Positions 23,001 through 34,780 of a DNA stretch of 64,000 nt are shown piece by piece. Source of the stretch: Fimicolochytrium jonesii. Its lineage: Eukaryota. Position 1 is the stretch's first letter, and every line of letters starts with the position of its first letter. The notes under the pieces were generated by a model, which saw only the letters and a program-made list of their open reading frames with translations, made no database searches and was not told the DNA's origin. Where the stretch lies: assembly GCF_025526975.1 (NCBI RefSeq), contig NW_026515681.1, forward strand, positions 682,001 through 746,000. The letters are read 5' to 3'. The position numbers and the translations under genes were made by a program.

Positions 23001-25914
23001 CCAGCGAAGTGTATCCGGACGAAATCAACTGGCCGAGGCCTTCGAGGAATTGGAAGTCTTCACCAGTGTTGCTAGCCGGGTTCTTGCGATCAGGACGACG
23101 GACCAAATTGATGGGCGACGAGCCGCCGCACTGCTCGATGTACGCCTTCAGGACGGGATGAGGAGCAATCTCGAGGAATGCGATATCCTCGCCATACTCG
23201 TCGATCACTTTCTTCAATGCCGGTCCGAAGAGTACAGGGCTTTCAATGTTTTGCCAAGCCAGTTCAAGGTTCAGCTCGTCAACCCAATCGCCGGTAACGG
23301 TAGACATGACGCGCGAGCAGGGTCCGGCAGCGTTGCCCATGGCGAAGACCGGGGTAGCGTTGTTCTTGAAAAGAGTTTCCCACTTGGACATGAGCGGGGT
23401 GTGGAACGCACAGGTGACGCGAAGCTTGGCAGCAAAGACGCTAGCATTCTTGGCGTGGGCAACCAGAGCGTCGATAGCGTGATGGGTACCAGCAACCGTG
23501 ACTCCGTTGGGAGAGTTGATACCGGCGATCCACATGTCTTCTTTATGCCCGTTTTCGGCGTTATTCTCCTGCTTCAGCACCTTGCGAATGAGGAGTCGGG
23601 CTTGCTGGGCGCTTGTTCCGAGAGCGGCCATGGCACCGTTGCCCTCGGCGTGTGTCATCGCCGCTGCGCGAGCTACCGCAATCCCGACAACCATCTCCTT
23701 CGACGGGTAGTGTCCCGAAGCGTAGCCCATGGCGATCTCCCCGATAGAGTGTCCCATGCACACCTCGTAAGTAGCGACACCCTTCGCCCGGAGGAGGTCA
23801 ACCAATGCACATTGCATGAAGACGAGGGAGAAGACGACGTCTCGAACGGGCCAGACACCATTGGCGGGGAGCTTGCACGGAGAGTTGGGGTCGAAAACTC
23901 CAGTGCGGTCGATGAAGGACTCTTGTCCGTACACGGAAGTCAGAATCTCGTCCGACTGGCGAACGGAGGCCAGGAATTCCGGGAAGGCTGCGGCGAGCTC
24001 CTTGCCCATCGCAACGTGTTGAGGTCCCTGTCCGGCAAAGACAAGACACAGCTTCTTGCTGGCCCTAGCCGTGTGGGTGCTGAGGGCGGGCTTGGAGAAC
24101 GAGAGAGAGGTGTCAAGTCGCTTGCCAACCGCGAATGATCGGTAAGGGTAATCCCTGGCTTGACGACCGAGGGAGCGCGACAACGATCGGAGAACGTCGG
24201 CGTCATCGCAGGATGCGAAGTGTTCACCAAGGTCTTTGCCCCATTGGGTCAATGAGCTGGCGGTCATTGTGCCGATGGAGAAAAGGTAATGCGGGTCGGC
24301 CGCGCGCTTCTCGCTGACGGCGCCGGAAGTGTCGTTCTCCTCTTGGCTTGCTCGTTGAGCGACCGACATCGGGATCGAGTCAGGCTCGGCTGCGAGTGCG
24401 ATCATTTGCTGGGCCGATTCGAAAGTCTCGAGAACGAGATGCGCGTTTGCACCACCGACTCCGTAACTGGAAACAGAAGCCACCCACTTTCCATCAGCAG
24501 CCGCGAGCTCGGGAGTCATTGGCTCGAGTTCAGTCTGCACGCGCATGTTGAGGGCCTTGAGGTCGATCTTCTTGTTGGGGCTGTTGAAGCGGTAGTTGGG
24601 GATGATCTCCTTCTGATGCATCATCATCGTGACTTTGATCAAACTGGCGAGGAAGGAGCATCCCTCGGCATGTCCGATGTTGCCTTTAACAGAACCGATT
24701 CGAAGGGTTTTGGATTGGTCGCGATTCGGAGCGAAGACTTTGGCGGCGCCATTGGTTTCGATGGGATCGCCGACAACAGTTCCCGTGGCATGAAGTTCGA
24801 CAAAGAAGGCTTCAGCGGGGTCGCGCTCGGCGCGCCTGTAAGCAGTGCGGATGACTTCTGCCTGCATGTCGCCTTCGGGCATGGTCAGCGATTTGCCCTT
24901 TCCGTTGGTATTGATGGCGCTTCCGGCGATGACGGAGTAGATCCTGTCGCCGTCGCGAATGGCATGGTCGAGACGCTTCACGAGCACGGCCGCATAACCT
25001 TCGCTACGGGCGTAACCGTCACCGGCGGCATCGAAGGATTTGGAGGAACCGGTGGCAGAAAGAACGCCAAGTTTGGAAAAGGAGACTGTGTGCTCAGGGT
25101 TCACCATCGTGCTGGCGCCGACCACGAGAGCTTGGTCGATTTCACCGAGGCGAATGGCTTGCAAGGCGAGGTGCATAGCCGTCCCGGAAGAAGAGCATGC
25201 TGTTTCGGGAGATTGCGCGCATGAGACGGAAATCGCGATTCACATGATTGAAGCTGAACATACCAGTGTCAATGACCAGGGACGGCCCTTGCAAATTGAA
25301 AGTGTAGGAAATGCGGTTCGCGCTAAACCGACAAATGTGAGATTCTGCAGACAAGGATGAACTGCATAACAAGCGTCCACTTACCGAATAGCGACGCATT
25401 TCCCAACTCCATTGTTGTGGTCGATTTCATACGGATCGTCTTCCAATTCAGCAGTGGAGGTCAACAATTGAGCGAGGTAAACACCGGTGTTGGTGCCTCT
25501 GTAGGCCGCGCCAGAGTCGTGGAGAGCCTGTTTTCGTTGGAACATGGGTTAGATTAACCGCCTTTCGCCTCCATTTTATATGGCACCTTCTCCCGTTTGC
25601 CTTACCTGATGAGCGACTTCCAAGGAGAGCCGGAGGGAGGGATCAAGCAATTGCGCCTCCTTGACGCTGATTCCAAACTCAGTGGGGTCGAACATGTCGA
25701 TATCGTCCACGAAGCCGGCGGTGGGGGCGCAATACTTGCCCGGTTCATCCTTGCGCTCGGAGAACCACTTCTTGTGGTTCCAGCGGCTGGCGGGAGGCGG
25801 GACCATGCCGTCTCCCTTGTTGCGAAGGAACTCGTAGTAGGTCTCCTTGTCGTTGCAGCCTTTGGGGAATTTGCAACCTAGACCGACGATGGCGACGGGG
25901 ATTTTGGCGGACAT
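14071..25914 (-). CDS. Iterative type I PKS-NRPS hybrid: KS-AT-DH-(degenerate MT)-(degenerate ER)-KR-ACP-C-A-T-TE, multi-exon
   Basis: KS DTACSS (across an intron), ELHATGT, GNIGH; AT GQGPQ, GHSIG, CAFH; DH HPALVGHTVMDSVLFP and HPGILD; KR GGCSELG...LRD...GNAGQSAY; ACP GIDSL; C HHIIMD; A FTSGSSGKPKG, FGPTE, YKTGD, GRRDFQIK, SGKIDR; T GLNSL; TE GYSFGG and GRHDTM. Confidence 0.95.
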
Positions 25915-27900
25915 TGTGCGGAGATGAGTGTGATATCGAGTATTGATGCGATTTGTTGAGGAAGCTGTTTTTTTAATGACTGTCGGAGTCTGTTTTTCGT
26001 GATTGATTGAGGCAGATGTTTGCTTTGAGGGGAAGCAAACAGGTGTCGGGCGATTTGTAGTTGATGACAGCGATGCGAGAGAAGCAATAGTCGTCGGAGA
26101 GATGGTGAACGCAAAGTCAAAGATCAGGAGGCTGAGGGGACCTTCTTTTCTATGTTTCTTTGCTTGGAAGGGTAGGGAATGATGACAAGGGCGCCGTATG
26201 GACAACCGAGGGGAGTGGCAGATGGCATCCTGGTTTTATGGTGGCCGATGCTCCCTCGGCCTGCAAGGCCGGTGCTAGAATACAGATGTTCGCAGTCCCT
26301 GCAAAGGTCCATATCATCCGCCCCTGACTATCTTAGCCGTCGACTATGCGGTAGAACTGTGAGAGTGTCCGCCGACGGGACTTTGCCGCCGAAGGAAGCA
26401 TTACAAAACCAGCCACTCCTATCGTGCCGTCATCCCGCTAGTCGTGGGCGCTGGTGTGGGTTTTCGGGGCATATGTTCTCTCAGTGTTGGAAGGCAGAGG
26501 GCTGACGGGGACGGAGCTATTGATGTTGCAGGGTATGTACCGCACAGATTCTAGGTTTCCGGCCTTGCGGATGCCGGCGAGGCTCGTCCCCGAACCCCGC
26601 TCACAATCATAAGCCTCAGTCAGATGGTATTACCATCTAGGGTTCTCGGGACCTGGCATGACCCAAGTTTCGTCTCTGCGAATGCGAGCGCGGGAATCGT
26701 CGGCGAAGGTCCGATTTTGCTCAAATCAACGGCGCCGTCGTCAGAATATCCCCCTCCACGCTAAGAGAAACGGTCATGTCAACGGCGCCGTAGCCAGTTG
26801 GACCCGCACAGACGGCCCGATGTCTGCTGCGTTCCTGCTTCTTCATTCCGAGCGGGGCGGTCCATCCAAGATGCCCAGCGGGCCTGGAAGCGACGGAGGG
26901 ATTTCAAGGGGGAACATCATTCTCCGACGGCCCAAAGCATCTCAGGGCGTATACTGACGTGACAGCACCAAGCACTCCTTCGGCGGTGCGGAGCGAAGAC
27001 GAGCCAAGCTCTTTTGCTCCGCCTTTGGAACTTCGAACTTCGAAGTTCGGCTGCGCTCCCTGCAGCTCCTCGTGCGCGGCTTGAGCTTTGTCCATTGTGT
27101 GAACCATGAATTTTGAAAGCTGTGCGTGCAAACTTCAAAGTACTAAAGGTGGCAATTTGCAGCAGGGACCACGGTTCCACGATGCCACCCACCCAACGCG
27201 TCGAAAAGTGGCGTCCATCGTCGGGGCCCTTTTCTTTTAAAACTTCCAAACCGCTGGATCTTCTCCATTTCGAACCGGTAACGGTAATGAAGACGCCCAT
27301 CATCAACAAAGATCATCTGGCCAGTAACAGCTCCAGAAGTTGTTATTGTTCTGTAGGTGGAATTATCACCATACAGTTGGCTCTATAGTAGGCTCCATTA
27401 CAGGCTGAGAACTTCATGCCGCTTGTGCCATGGAAATGCAATTTATGACTTGCGCACATTCTCGCGGGACCCCAATATCATTGCTACCGGTGATGATCAA
27501 GGTTCGCTCTCGCACGTCTCAGTGTCTCACGGTGCCGACCTATGAAGAGCGCAATGGTGTACGAGATATTAGTACGACGGGCGAGCTCAAGGGCCTTCAC
27601 TTCGGTTTTTATCCACCGCTACTAGTGCGAGAAACAAAGAGGTTATCTTGATATCCTCCCCCTTCCCTTCTCGTACACTGACGTCCTGTCTCTAAGAAGT
27701 AACAGAAACGTGAGTCTATAGGGGCGTGGTTTCCCTCTCCCGTCCTCGGCCGTTGTTCCTGTTCGAGCCCCATTTTGCTTTATCGCCGAGCTGTGGTGTG
27801 GTCCTCGGAAAACCTACGAAACAAAGTCTCCCGTTCTGCAGTTCACCGTTGCTGACTTGCTGCTCCGTTCCGTTTTTGTCGTCAGAGCACCCTTTCAACA

Positions 27901-29123
27901 ATGCCGGGCCCAACAAGCATTGCGGACGCCGTCGGGATCCACTCGGTGGCCCTCCCTATTGTCTTCCTCGTCGTCTACGTCGCGCTGTTCTTTGTGTTCT
28001 TGTGGAAACTCCGCAGGAACCCTGTGGCCGTCTTCATCTTCATGGTGGCCTTCTGCGTTTTCAGAGTGGCTGCCTTTGCCGTCCGTGCCGCCATTGCCGC
28101 GTCCGACAGCCTCCAGAACGACCTCAACTGGGTCCTGACCGCCAACATCATCTACACCATTGGCTTCTTCGGCCTGGTCTACTCTGCATACAGCCTATTG
28201 GTTCGCAGGTGCGTTCGGCTATGCCTTTTCATGTTGTTTCTGGGGTGGGGTCTGGAAAGATGAGGTGTGAAAATCTCGACTTGGGCTTTTGCACACTTGC
28301 GGCATACGCGTCTTTTCAACATGGACATCCTAGCGCCGAGAGAAGGACGGAACAGAAGGGCGCATAGCAACGGAAGGGGCTTTGGACGGGAGTAAATGGA
28401 CATGATTGTGCATCACAGAGGCTCTCCCATATATTCCACTTGTAGCAATGTCTCACCTGGGTTTTTCCGTTTCTGCAGGGCGTTCGTCGTTCGTGACTTG
28501 CTGCGTGGCCCCTTCGGCAGGCTGCTCCCCCGCGTGTTGATTATTGTCCGAGTTTCTCTCGTCGCCGCCATCACTCTCGGGATTACCGGTGCCTGCTTGT
28601 TTGCTCTCGCGGACCCGGGCTCCGAGAAGAAAACTCTTGGAGACACACTCAGGCACGTTAGTCTGTGGATCTTCTTGGTTCTTGTCGCGCTCCTTTTGGT
28701 GAATTGCCTGTTTGTCTTGAGGCACGACCATAGCCGGGTGAGTAGTTCCGGTGTACGGGTTTCCATGCACTTCGCTACGTCGATCGCATCAGGAATTGGC
28801 TTTATGTCTTTCGGCGGATGCGTCTGTTCGTGGCCTCCTTTGACGAAACGTCGCGCCTTTCGTACATGAGCGTAGACTGACTTTCCTCTCACTCATCCAA
28901 CTAGTCTATGCTCGTCCTCACCGCCATCGCCGCTCTTCTGTTTGCCCGCGAGCTCTACCAAATCCTCGCCTGGAACAAGCCCGAGGCCACCGACGAAATC
29001 TACTTCTTCACGCTCTCTTGTCTCACCGAGTTGATCGCCGTCATCCTCTTCCTGGTCCCCAACGTCGTGCCGAGCAAGAACGAAGTCGAGTTTTCGCCCC
29101 ACCGTAACAAGGATTACGTTTAG
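27901..29123 (+). CDS. Multi-pass (about 7-TM) fungal membrane protein, RTA1-like topology, divergent from the PKS-NRPS
   Basis: Three exons (about 27901-28208, 28479-28737, 28904-29123) with GT-AG introns encoding successive hydrophobic helices (FCVFRVAAFAVRA; FFGLVYSAY; FFTLSCLTELIAV). Confidence 0.7.
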
Positions 29124-29669
29124 TCGTGCAAGTTTCTGCTTGCCAGTCCGAATATCGGGTACACCAACCATTCCCCATGTTTTTTCTTTGATCGCGGGAG
29201 AACGTCTTCGGTCGGCGTGAACCGTTTTCCCCTCCTAACTTTCCCTATCTTACATTAATTTCGAGAGACTGGCTCTCTCTTTCTCCTCTCCATAAACCAT
29301 GTAGTGGCTGACTTTTCAAAAATGTGTGCATAGACTTCGTCGGCGTATATGTATCATTATTCTGTACCAAATTGTGAATCGTTCGACCCCGCGCCGTCCG
29401 TGATGGCACAGATGAATGGCGACTGCAGCCTTTCTGTGTCCAATCTGTGTCTGCAGTACTTCCGCCTACACAGACACAGACACTCGCTGTCGATTTGCCG
29501 AATACCAGTGTCAGTCTAGCCAACGAACTGCTCGCCGCTTTCCGATAGCAAAACGTTTACGGCAGTGGAAAGCCAAAATCAGCTACAATTAGACTAAGCG
29601 TGCATAATGTGGGAATAATAACGGATCTATGCTGTGGTGGGTGCCTTCTTACTGTGTGGCACTGCCGCG

Positions 29670-29985
29670 GTGGACAATTTCCCACCATCTGCAAGCCAAC
29701 TACGAACGCCACAACGGCCACGATCGCCATATCCGGCTTTTTCAAAATGTATCGTCGCGCGACGATTCGGCAGTCCCAAGCGCAGGAATGTGGATTCGAT
29801 CATGACCTTGCAGAGGACGTGCTCTCCGATTGAAAAAGAGCCGGGTTCCAGCCAGTTCTCCGGGAGGATGCGAGCGAGGAGACGACCGACGGAGATACTG
29901 AAGAGGATGGCGACAAAGCAGGGTTCTGAAGGAGTTGTCCGGTAGGAGAGAACTATGGGGATGGCTGTCTCGCAGCGCAGACAGC
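29670..29985 (-). pseudogene. Frameshifted fragment of an OPT-family oligopeptide transporter
   Basis: LSYRTTP...FVAILFSISVGRLLARILPENWLEPGSFSIGEHVL resembles the OPT xPGxFxxxEH motif; a second frame continues IVARRY...FVVGLQMVG; no rest of the gene nearby. Confidence 0.55.
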
Positions 29986-30859
29986 GAGAGCGTAGACAAG
30001 ACAACCACTGAGTGTTGCTGCTTGTACTCGCCAACGTCGCCGAGGACTTGATTGATCTGAAAACTCGTAAGATTTGTAGTGTGTAGTATTGAATAACTCT
30101 CTAATGTTGTTTTGTAGTCACCCCTGAACGTAAACGACCGAACCGCACCTTCCGTAAAACCCGTTTCTTTTCGAGAACCCCCAAGTCAAGGGCTCCATCT
30201 CAAAGCACCTGGATATTAAGGTGGCACTGCGTAGCTTCACCGGAAGCTCCGTTTGTTAATACAAGAGACCAACAACTCCCGTACTCTGAAAACCGTATTC
30301 GATTCTCCGATAAACCTTCGCTTTCCCCAGCCACCACCGCAACGGTTCAGTGGAGAGACCCGGGGTGAGCGTTGACTGCAGGGCTAAGATCGGCTTTTCA
30401 AGCCCTGTTTCAGCCTGTGAGCATCGAAAGGTTTTCCAGCGGACAACGATGGATGTCAATGTGACGTTCCGCAATTCAGGCGACCCTTCATCGCCGGAGT
30501 GAGGCCCGCATGCTGCTTCAAAATCGGGACATCAAGATCCATTTTCAATGCAATCCACGGTGCACTTGCAGCCTGGATGCTTCACATGTAGATACCGATC
30601 GAACGTGAAGCGGCACCACCCTGGCCAACAGCTTCCGGAATCGAACGGTTCGTCCGGGTCAGATGGCAGTCCGCTTTTGTCAGCCTGCGCACCGCCGTTA
30701 CTCCACACCATCGGCAGATCTGCTTCGGTTCCAGCATGTCCGCTCGTAAAGGAAACAAGGACATGAGGTGTGCGAACCCGTCCAACGAAGCCATATGGTA
30801 CATTCTGTAAAGGCAACGTGGAAATGTAATTCCGCCGTCACCAGGGAACAGCTGTGCGA

Positions 30860-31980
30860 ATTCTGAGGTGGAAGGCGGGGATTTACGAGATTCTCGTGCC
30901 TGACCGTGAGCGGAAAATCTACTTCGATGTGGACAAAGCCGAGACCCCGCTAAGTGAAATCAAGAGGGTCATTCTCGGTGTGTTTCCAAATGCTCGACTC
31001 CAGATATCGGGCAGAGAAGGGTCCTGGCACATCATCCTTACGCGCAAAACCTGGAGGCCATGGGACCAGTTGTGCGTTTCGTCCAACAATACAAAGAGCT
31101 AGAATTTGACACCGGCGTCTACATGAAAAACCGAAACTTCAAGTGCATTAACCAGGCGAAACCCAATCAACCCAGGCAAGCTTACATCGAGGGAGACGCG
31201 GAATGGTCAAAGCACCTAGTAATGCACGATTTTGACGATCATGCTGTTGATATTGGGACGCTCTCTTTTCCCATGCTCCCGGAACTCGCCACGAAACGGC
31301 GGGACGGTTCCCCCGCCACCAAGTTAAGCATCCTGGCTTTACCAACAAAAACCCTCAAAGTCCCACCGATTTCGATTGGCTCACCGCAGAACCTCTCGAC
31401 AAACTTGCCATCTTGCCCTGCGCCAAGCGGGCGGAAGACGGCTTTCTTCGGCACGACGTTATCTGGCGTGTCATGCTCTGGTGTCGTGACATTGGGATCG
31501 ACTTTGAGGACTTCTGGGCTTGGGTTCAGCAAAAGGATTCGAGCGTGACGTACTTCAAGAAGCAACAGGAAGCGTGGCGCGGCTCTGGTAAGTACGGCAT
31601 GTCGCGCTCTTTCCTTGACCATCTCCTAGTACAGTTCTTCCCGAACATCAGGGAGACAAAAGTCACCCTGCGCCTCCGAGACCAATTCGAACTTTCGGAA
31701 GAGCGGATCACGGAAGGCGTGCACGGCGGGTTCTATGACTTTAGAGACATCTCACCACCGATGTCCGCACCGACTGACCCAAAAGGCGTCAGGCGATTCT
31801 TTCCGCAGGGTAAGGGGACGAGACCATCGGTCAAGTTTTCCGTTCTCACTAGGCCCATGGGAAGCGGAAAAACCGAAGCGGTCGTCGCCTTCATCAAGCG
31901 ATACGGCGTCGGCAAGCGCGTCTTGTGGCTAGCTCCGCGGATCACCCTTAGCGCCAACACGGAGCAGAGGCTAGAGAAGC
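30860..31980 (+). pseudogene. Degraded viral-type AEP/PrimPol primase fused to a UL9-like SF2 helicase (endogenous viral or mobile element)
   Basis: AEP motifs IYEIL...KIYFDVD, SWHII, FDTGVYMKNRNFK; PriCT-like IWRVMLWC...FWAW; Walker A RPMGSGKT then VLWLAPRITL. Intronless, spread over three frames (two frameshifts) and truncated after helicase motif Ia. Confidence 0.75.
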
Positions 31981-32113
31981 AGGAGTCTGCGCCGCTTTCG
32001 GCGGAAACACTGTTATACCCTAGTAGCAACGCAAGCAGCATTTCAAAATGTGTAAGTTATACAGTGTTTGGCAACATGCTCCACAGACGGAATCAAAGAC
32101 ACTCACTGAGGCG

Positions 32114-33478
32114 CACAATTCACTGGGATCGAGTTGAGAACAAAGTGGGAGTTTTTTTTTGCAGAGGTAAGCTATCTCTAAGCAAAAACTGAGAAAAACC
32201 CTCACTTTACTGGCGTTTTGAGCTACATTCCGCTGTCTCGGCACTTCCCAGTGCCAGGGATAGATTCTGGCGGGAACTGTCTCCATGGAGGCACAGATCC
32301 CTGATCTTTGGCGGGAACTGTCTCCGTGGTGGCACAGATCACCAATCAGGCTGACCTCAGCATCCAAAACCTGAGGAAATTTCAGCAGATGTCGCCGGGT
32401 TGCCTCGATCCCAAACCACCTCCTCAGCAGGTTTGAGACTTCAATTTCAGAGTAGACCTCCTCCGCCTCTCTTTAACAAGACCCTGGTCTCCGGTAAGCA
32501 GTTGAGCAAATTGGCATATTGAGAAGTAGGTCCCCTTAAAAAAGGGCTGGAGATCAGCTATCGATAAGGTGCGCACAACTCGAGCCAAATCTCGAGACCA
32601 ACTCGATTTACTAATTGTCGATCCCAGTAAATTGGGGGCCTCAGCATTGGGCTATGACCGAATCACTATGTCTGGAAATCGTAGTCCTTGCGTGTTTTAT
32701 TTGGACAATATGGAGACGATTAACGGACTCGTGCACCGATTTGAACCTTTTAGGCCCACAATTTACTGGGATCGAGTTGAGAACAAAGTGTGAGTTTTTT
32801 TTTGCAGAGGTAAGCTATCTCTAAGCAAAAACTGAGAAAACCCCTCACTTTACTGGCGTTTTGAGCTACATTCCGCTGTCTCGGCACTTCCCAGTGCCAG
32901 GGATAGATTCTGGTGGGAACTGTCTCCATGGAGGCACAGATCCCTGATCTTCGGCGGGAACTGTCTCCGTGGTGGCACAGATCACCAATCAGGCTGACCT
33001 CAGCATCCAAAACCTGAGGAAATTTCAGCAGATGTCGCCGGGTTGCCTCGATCCCAAACCACCTCCTCAGCAGGTTTGAGACTTCAATTTCAGAGTAGAC
33101 CTCCTCCGCCTCTCTTTAACAAGACCCTGGTCTCCGGTAAGCAGTTGAGTAAATTGGCATATTGAGAAGTAGGTCCCCTTGAAAAAGGGCTGGAGATCAG
33201 CTATCGATAAGGTGCGCACAACTCGAGCCAAATCTCGAGACCAACTCGATTTACTAATTGTCGATCCCAGTAAATTGGGGGCCTCAGCATTGAGCTATGA
33301 CCGAATCACTATGTCTGGAAATCGTAGTCCTTGCGTGTGTTATTTGGACAATATGGAGATGATTAACGGACTCGTGCACCGATTTGAACCTTTTAGGCCC
33401 ACAATTTACTGGGATCGAGTTGAGAACAAAGTGTGAGTTTTTTTTTGCAGAGGTAAGCTATCTCTAAGCAAAAACTGA
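32114..33478. repeat. Near-identical tandem repeat, 643-bp period, about 2.1 copies
   Basis: GAGTTGAGAACAAAGTG recurs at 32131, 32774 and 33417; the same ORFs recur (32020-32367/32750-33010 and 32569-32793/33179-33436) with only scattered substitutions. Confidence 0.95.
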
Positions 33479-33556
33479 TGACGCACATCCCACATCGCGG
33501 ACTTGTACAGCCTTCACTGTCGGGCTTACAGCCTTCACCCTCGGCCTTGTGTGTGT

Positions 33557-34473
33557 AATGGACTCCGTTCGGAGGTTGCTTAGTAAGCTTCTCTATTTTT
33601 CTTCTCGAGTGACAGTATATATAACAAGTCGTAGCCGTAGCTCCCTTTCCCCCTTATCTCTTTTGAGCTATCGAGTGCTATGTCAAGCTACGGTGGGAGG
33701 GAGGGATGGTTGATGGTGGTCGGAGGGAGCTAGCTATTCGGGAACGCTACTCTGCAACGCACAGAGCAGCGCATTTGGGACCTAATGTCCCGGGAAACCC
33801 GTAAACCCATACGTAGTCGTTGATCGCGCCGGAAGGCGAGGATGTCGACAAATAAAGTGATGCGAATGCGGCGAATGTTGAGGAGGTGCTTAGTGCGGTG
33901 GGTAATGCGGTGGGATACTAAGCAACCTCCTCCTCGTCCATACACTCTAGAGGACTATGTTCCTCGTCCAGAGCCGAATGGACTCCGTTCGGAGGTTGCT
34001 TATTTGTCGATGAAGCCGCATTCGGTGCCGTATCGTTTCGAGTCATTCGAATTGTTTTGGTGATGATTGCTGGAACCGTCGCGGTCGCCGCTGCAGCTGC
34101 CGCCGCCGCGGCCTCGATAGCCTTGACCTCGTGGACGACCGTGATATCCGCTGTGTGCATTGCTGCGGAAACCTCGTGTGTGGTGGGAATCCTCCTCGTG
34201 GGAATTGCGCTCCTCTTTGGAGGGGTAAGCCTTGGCGTAAATGGCGTCGGGACCGCTGCGCATGCCGGGGGTGCTGAAACCCTTTGGGGGTCGAAGGGAC
34301 TTCATCGTCTGGAGGGAGGCGACGATTTCCTTGACCTTGGAGAATTCACCGAAAAGCTCCTGTTTTGTTCGGACACCAAATGTGCATTCTTCGTGAACGG
34401 AATCGACGGTCGTGGCGGAGAAGCCGGCTGCTTCGAGTGTGGCTTTCTGGGCTTCACGGATCGTTTTGTTCAT
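33557..34473 (-). mobile_element. Possible retroelement relic: 26-bp direct repeat, internal complementary copy and a gag-like RG-rich ORF fragment
   Basis: AATGGACTCCGTTCGGAGGTTGCTTA at 33557 and 33977; reverse complement ACTAAGCAACCTCC at 33917; ORF 34000-34473 ends in an RGRGG-rich tail. No RT or recombinase seen. Confidence 0.3.
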
Positions 34474-34551
34474 TGTCTCGCGTGCGGCCCAGGGTAGTGG
34501 CTTCGCAGACCGACATGGTCCATTGAACGATGGAAATGAGCTGTTCCTGTT

Positions 34552-34780
34552 TCAGTTCGGGAGCGGCGGATTGCGCAAGGATGGAGAGTACAGCGGCTGT
34601 ACAGCGTTGTATATCTGCGTCAGCTCCTTGCCCCACAATAGTATCATAGGGTACCGCGAGGCCAGCAGAGTTCGGACAGTCGACTTGATGGACCATGACC
34701 AGGAGTGGATAGGACCCAGAGGAGTCTTGGACCACTCGTGGTTGTTGACGAGCTGGTGCATTTCGGAGTCGCCTGAAAGG
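34552..34780 (-). pseudogene. Isolated N-terminal sensor (PAS-like) fragment of a hybrid histidine kinase
   Basis: GDSEMHQLVNNHEWSKTPLGPIHSWSWSIKSTVRTLLASRYPMILLWGKELTQIYN matches the WSxTPLGP...PMxxxWGxExxxxYN sensor motif, then stops; no kinase domain follows. Confidence 0.7.

Noticed and set aside
14090..25360. Many long plus-strand ORFs opposite the PKS-NRPS (e.g. 23050-24138, 24289-25224)
   Set aside because: Antisense shadows of a GC-rich coding sequence; no independent motifs
32114..33478. CRISPR array or LTR pair
   Set aside because: Units are contiguous 643-bp copies with no unique spacers or internal retroelement domains; eukaryotic context with no cas genes
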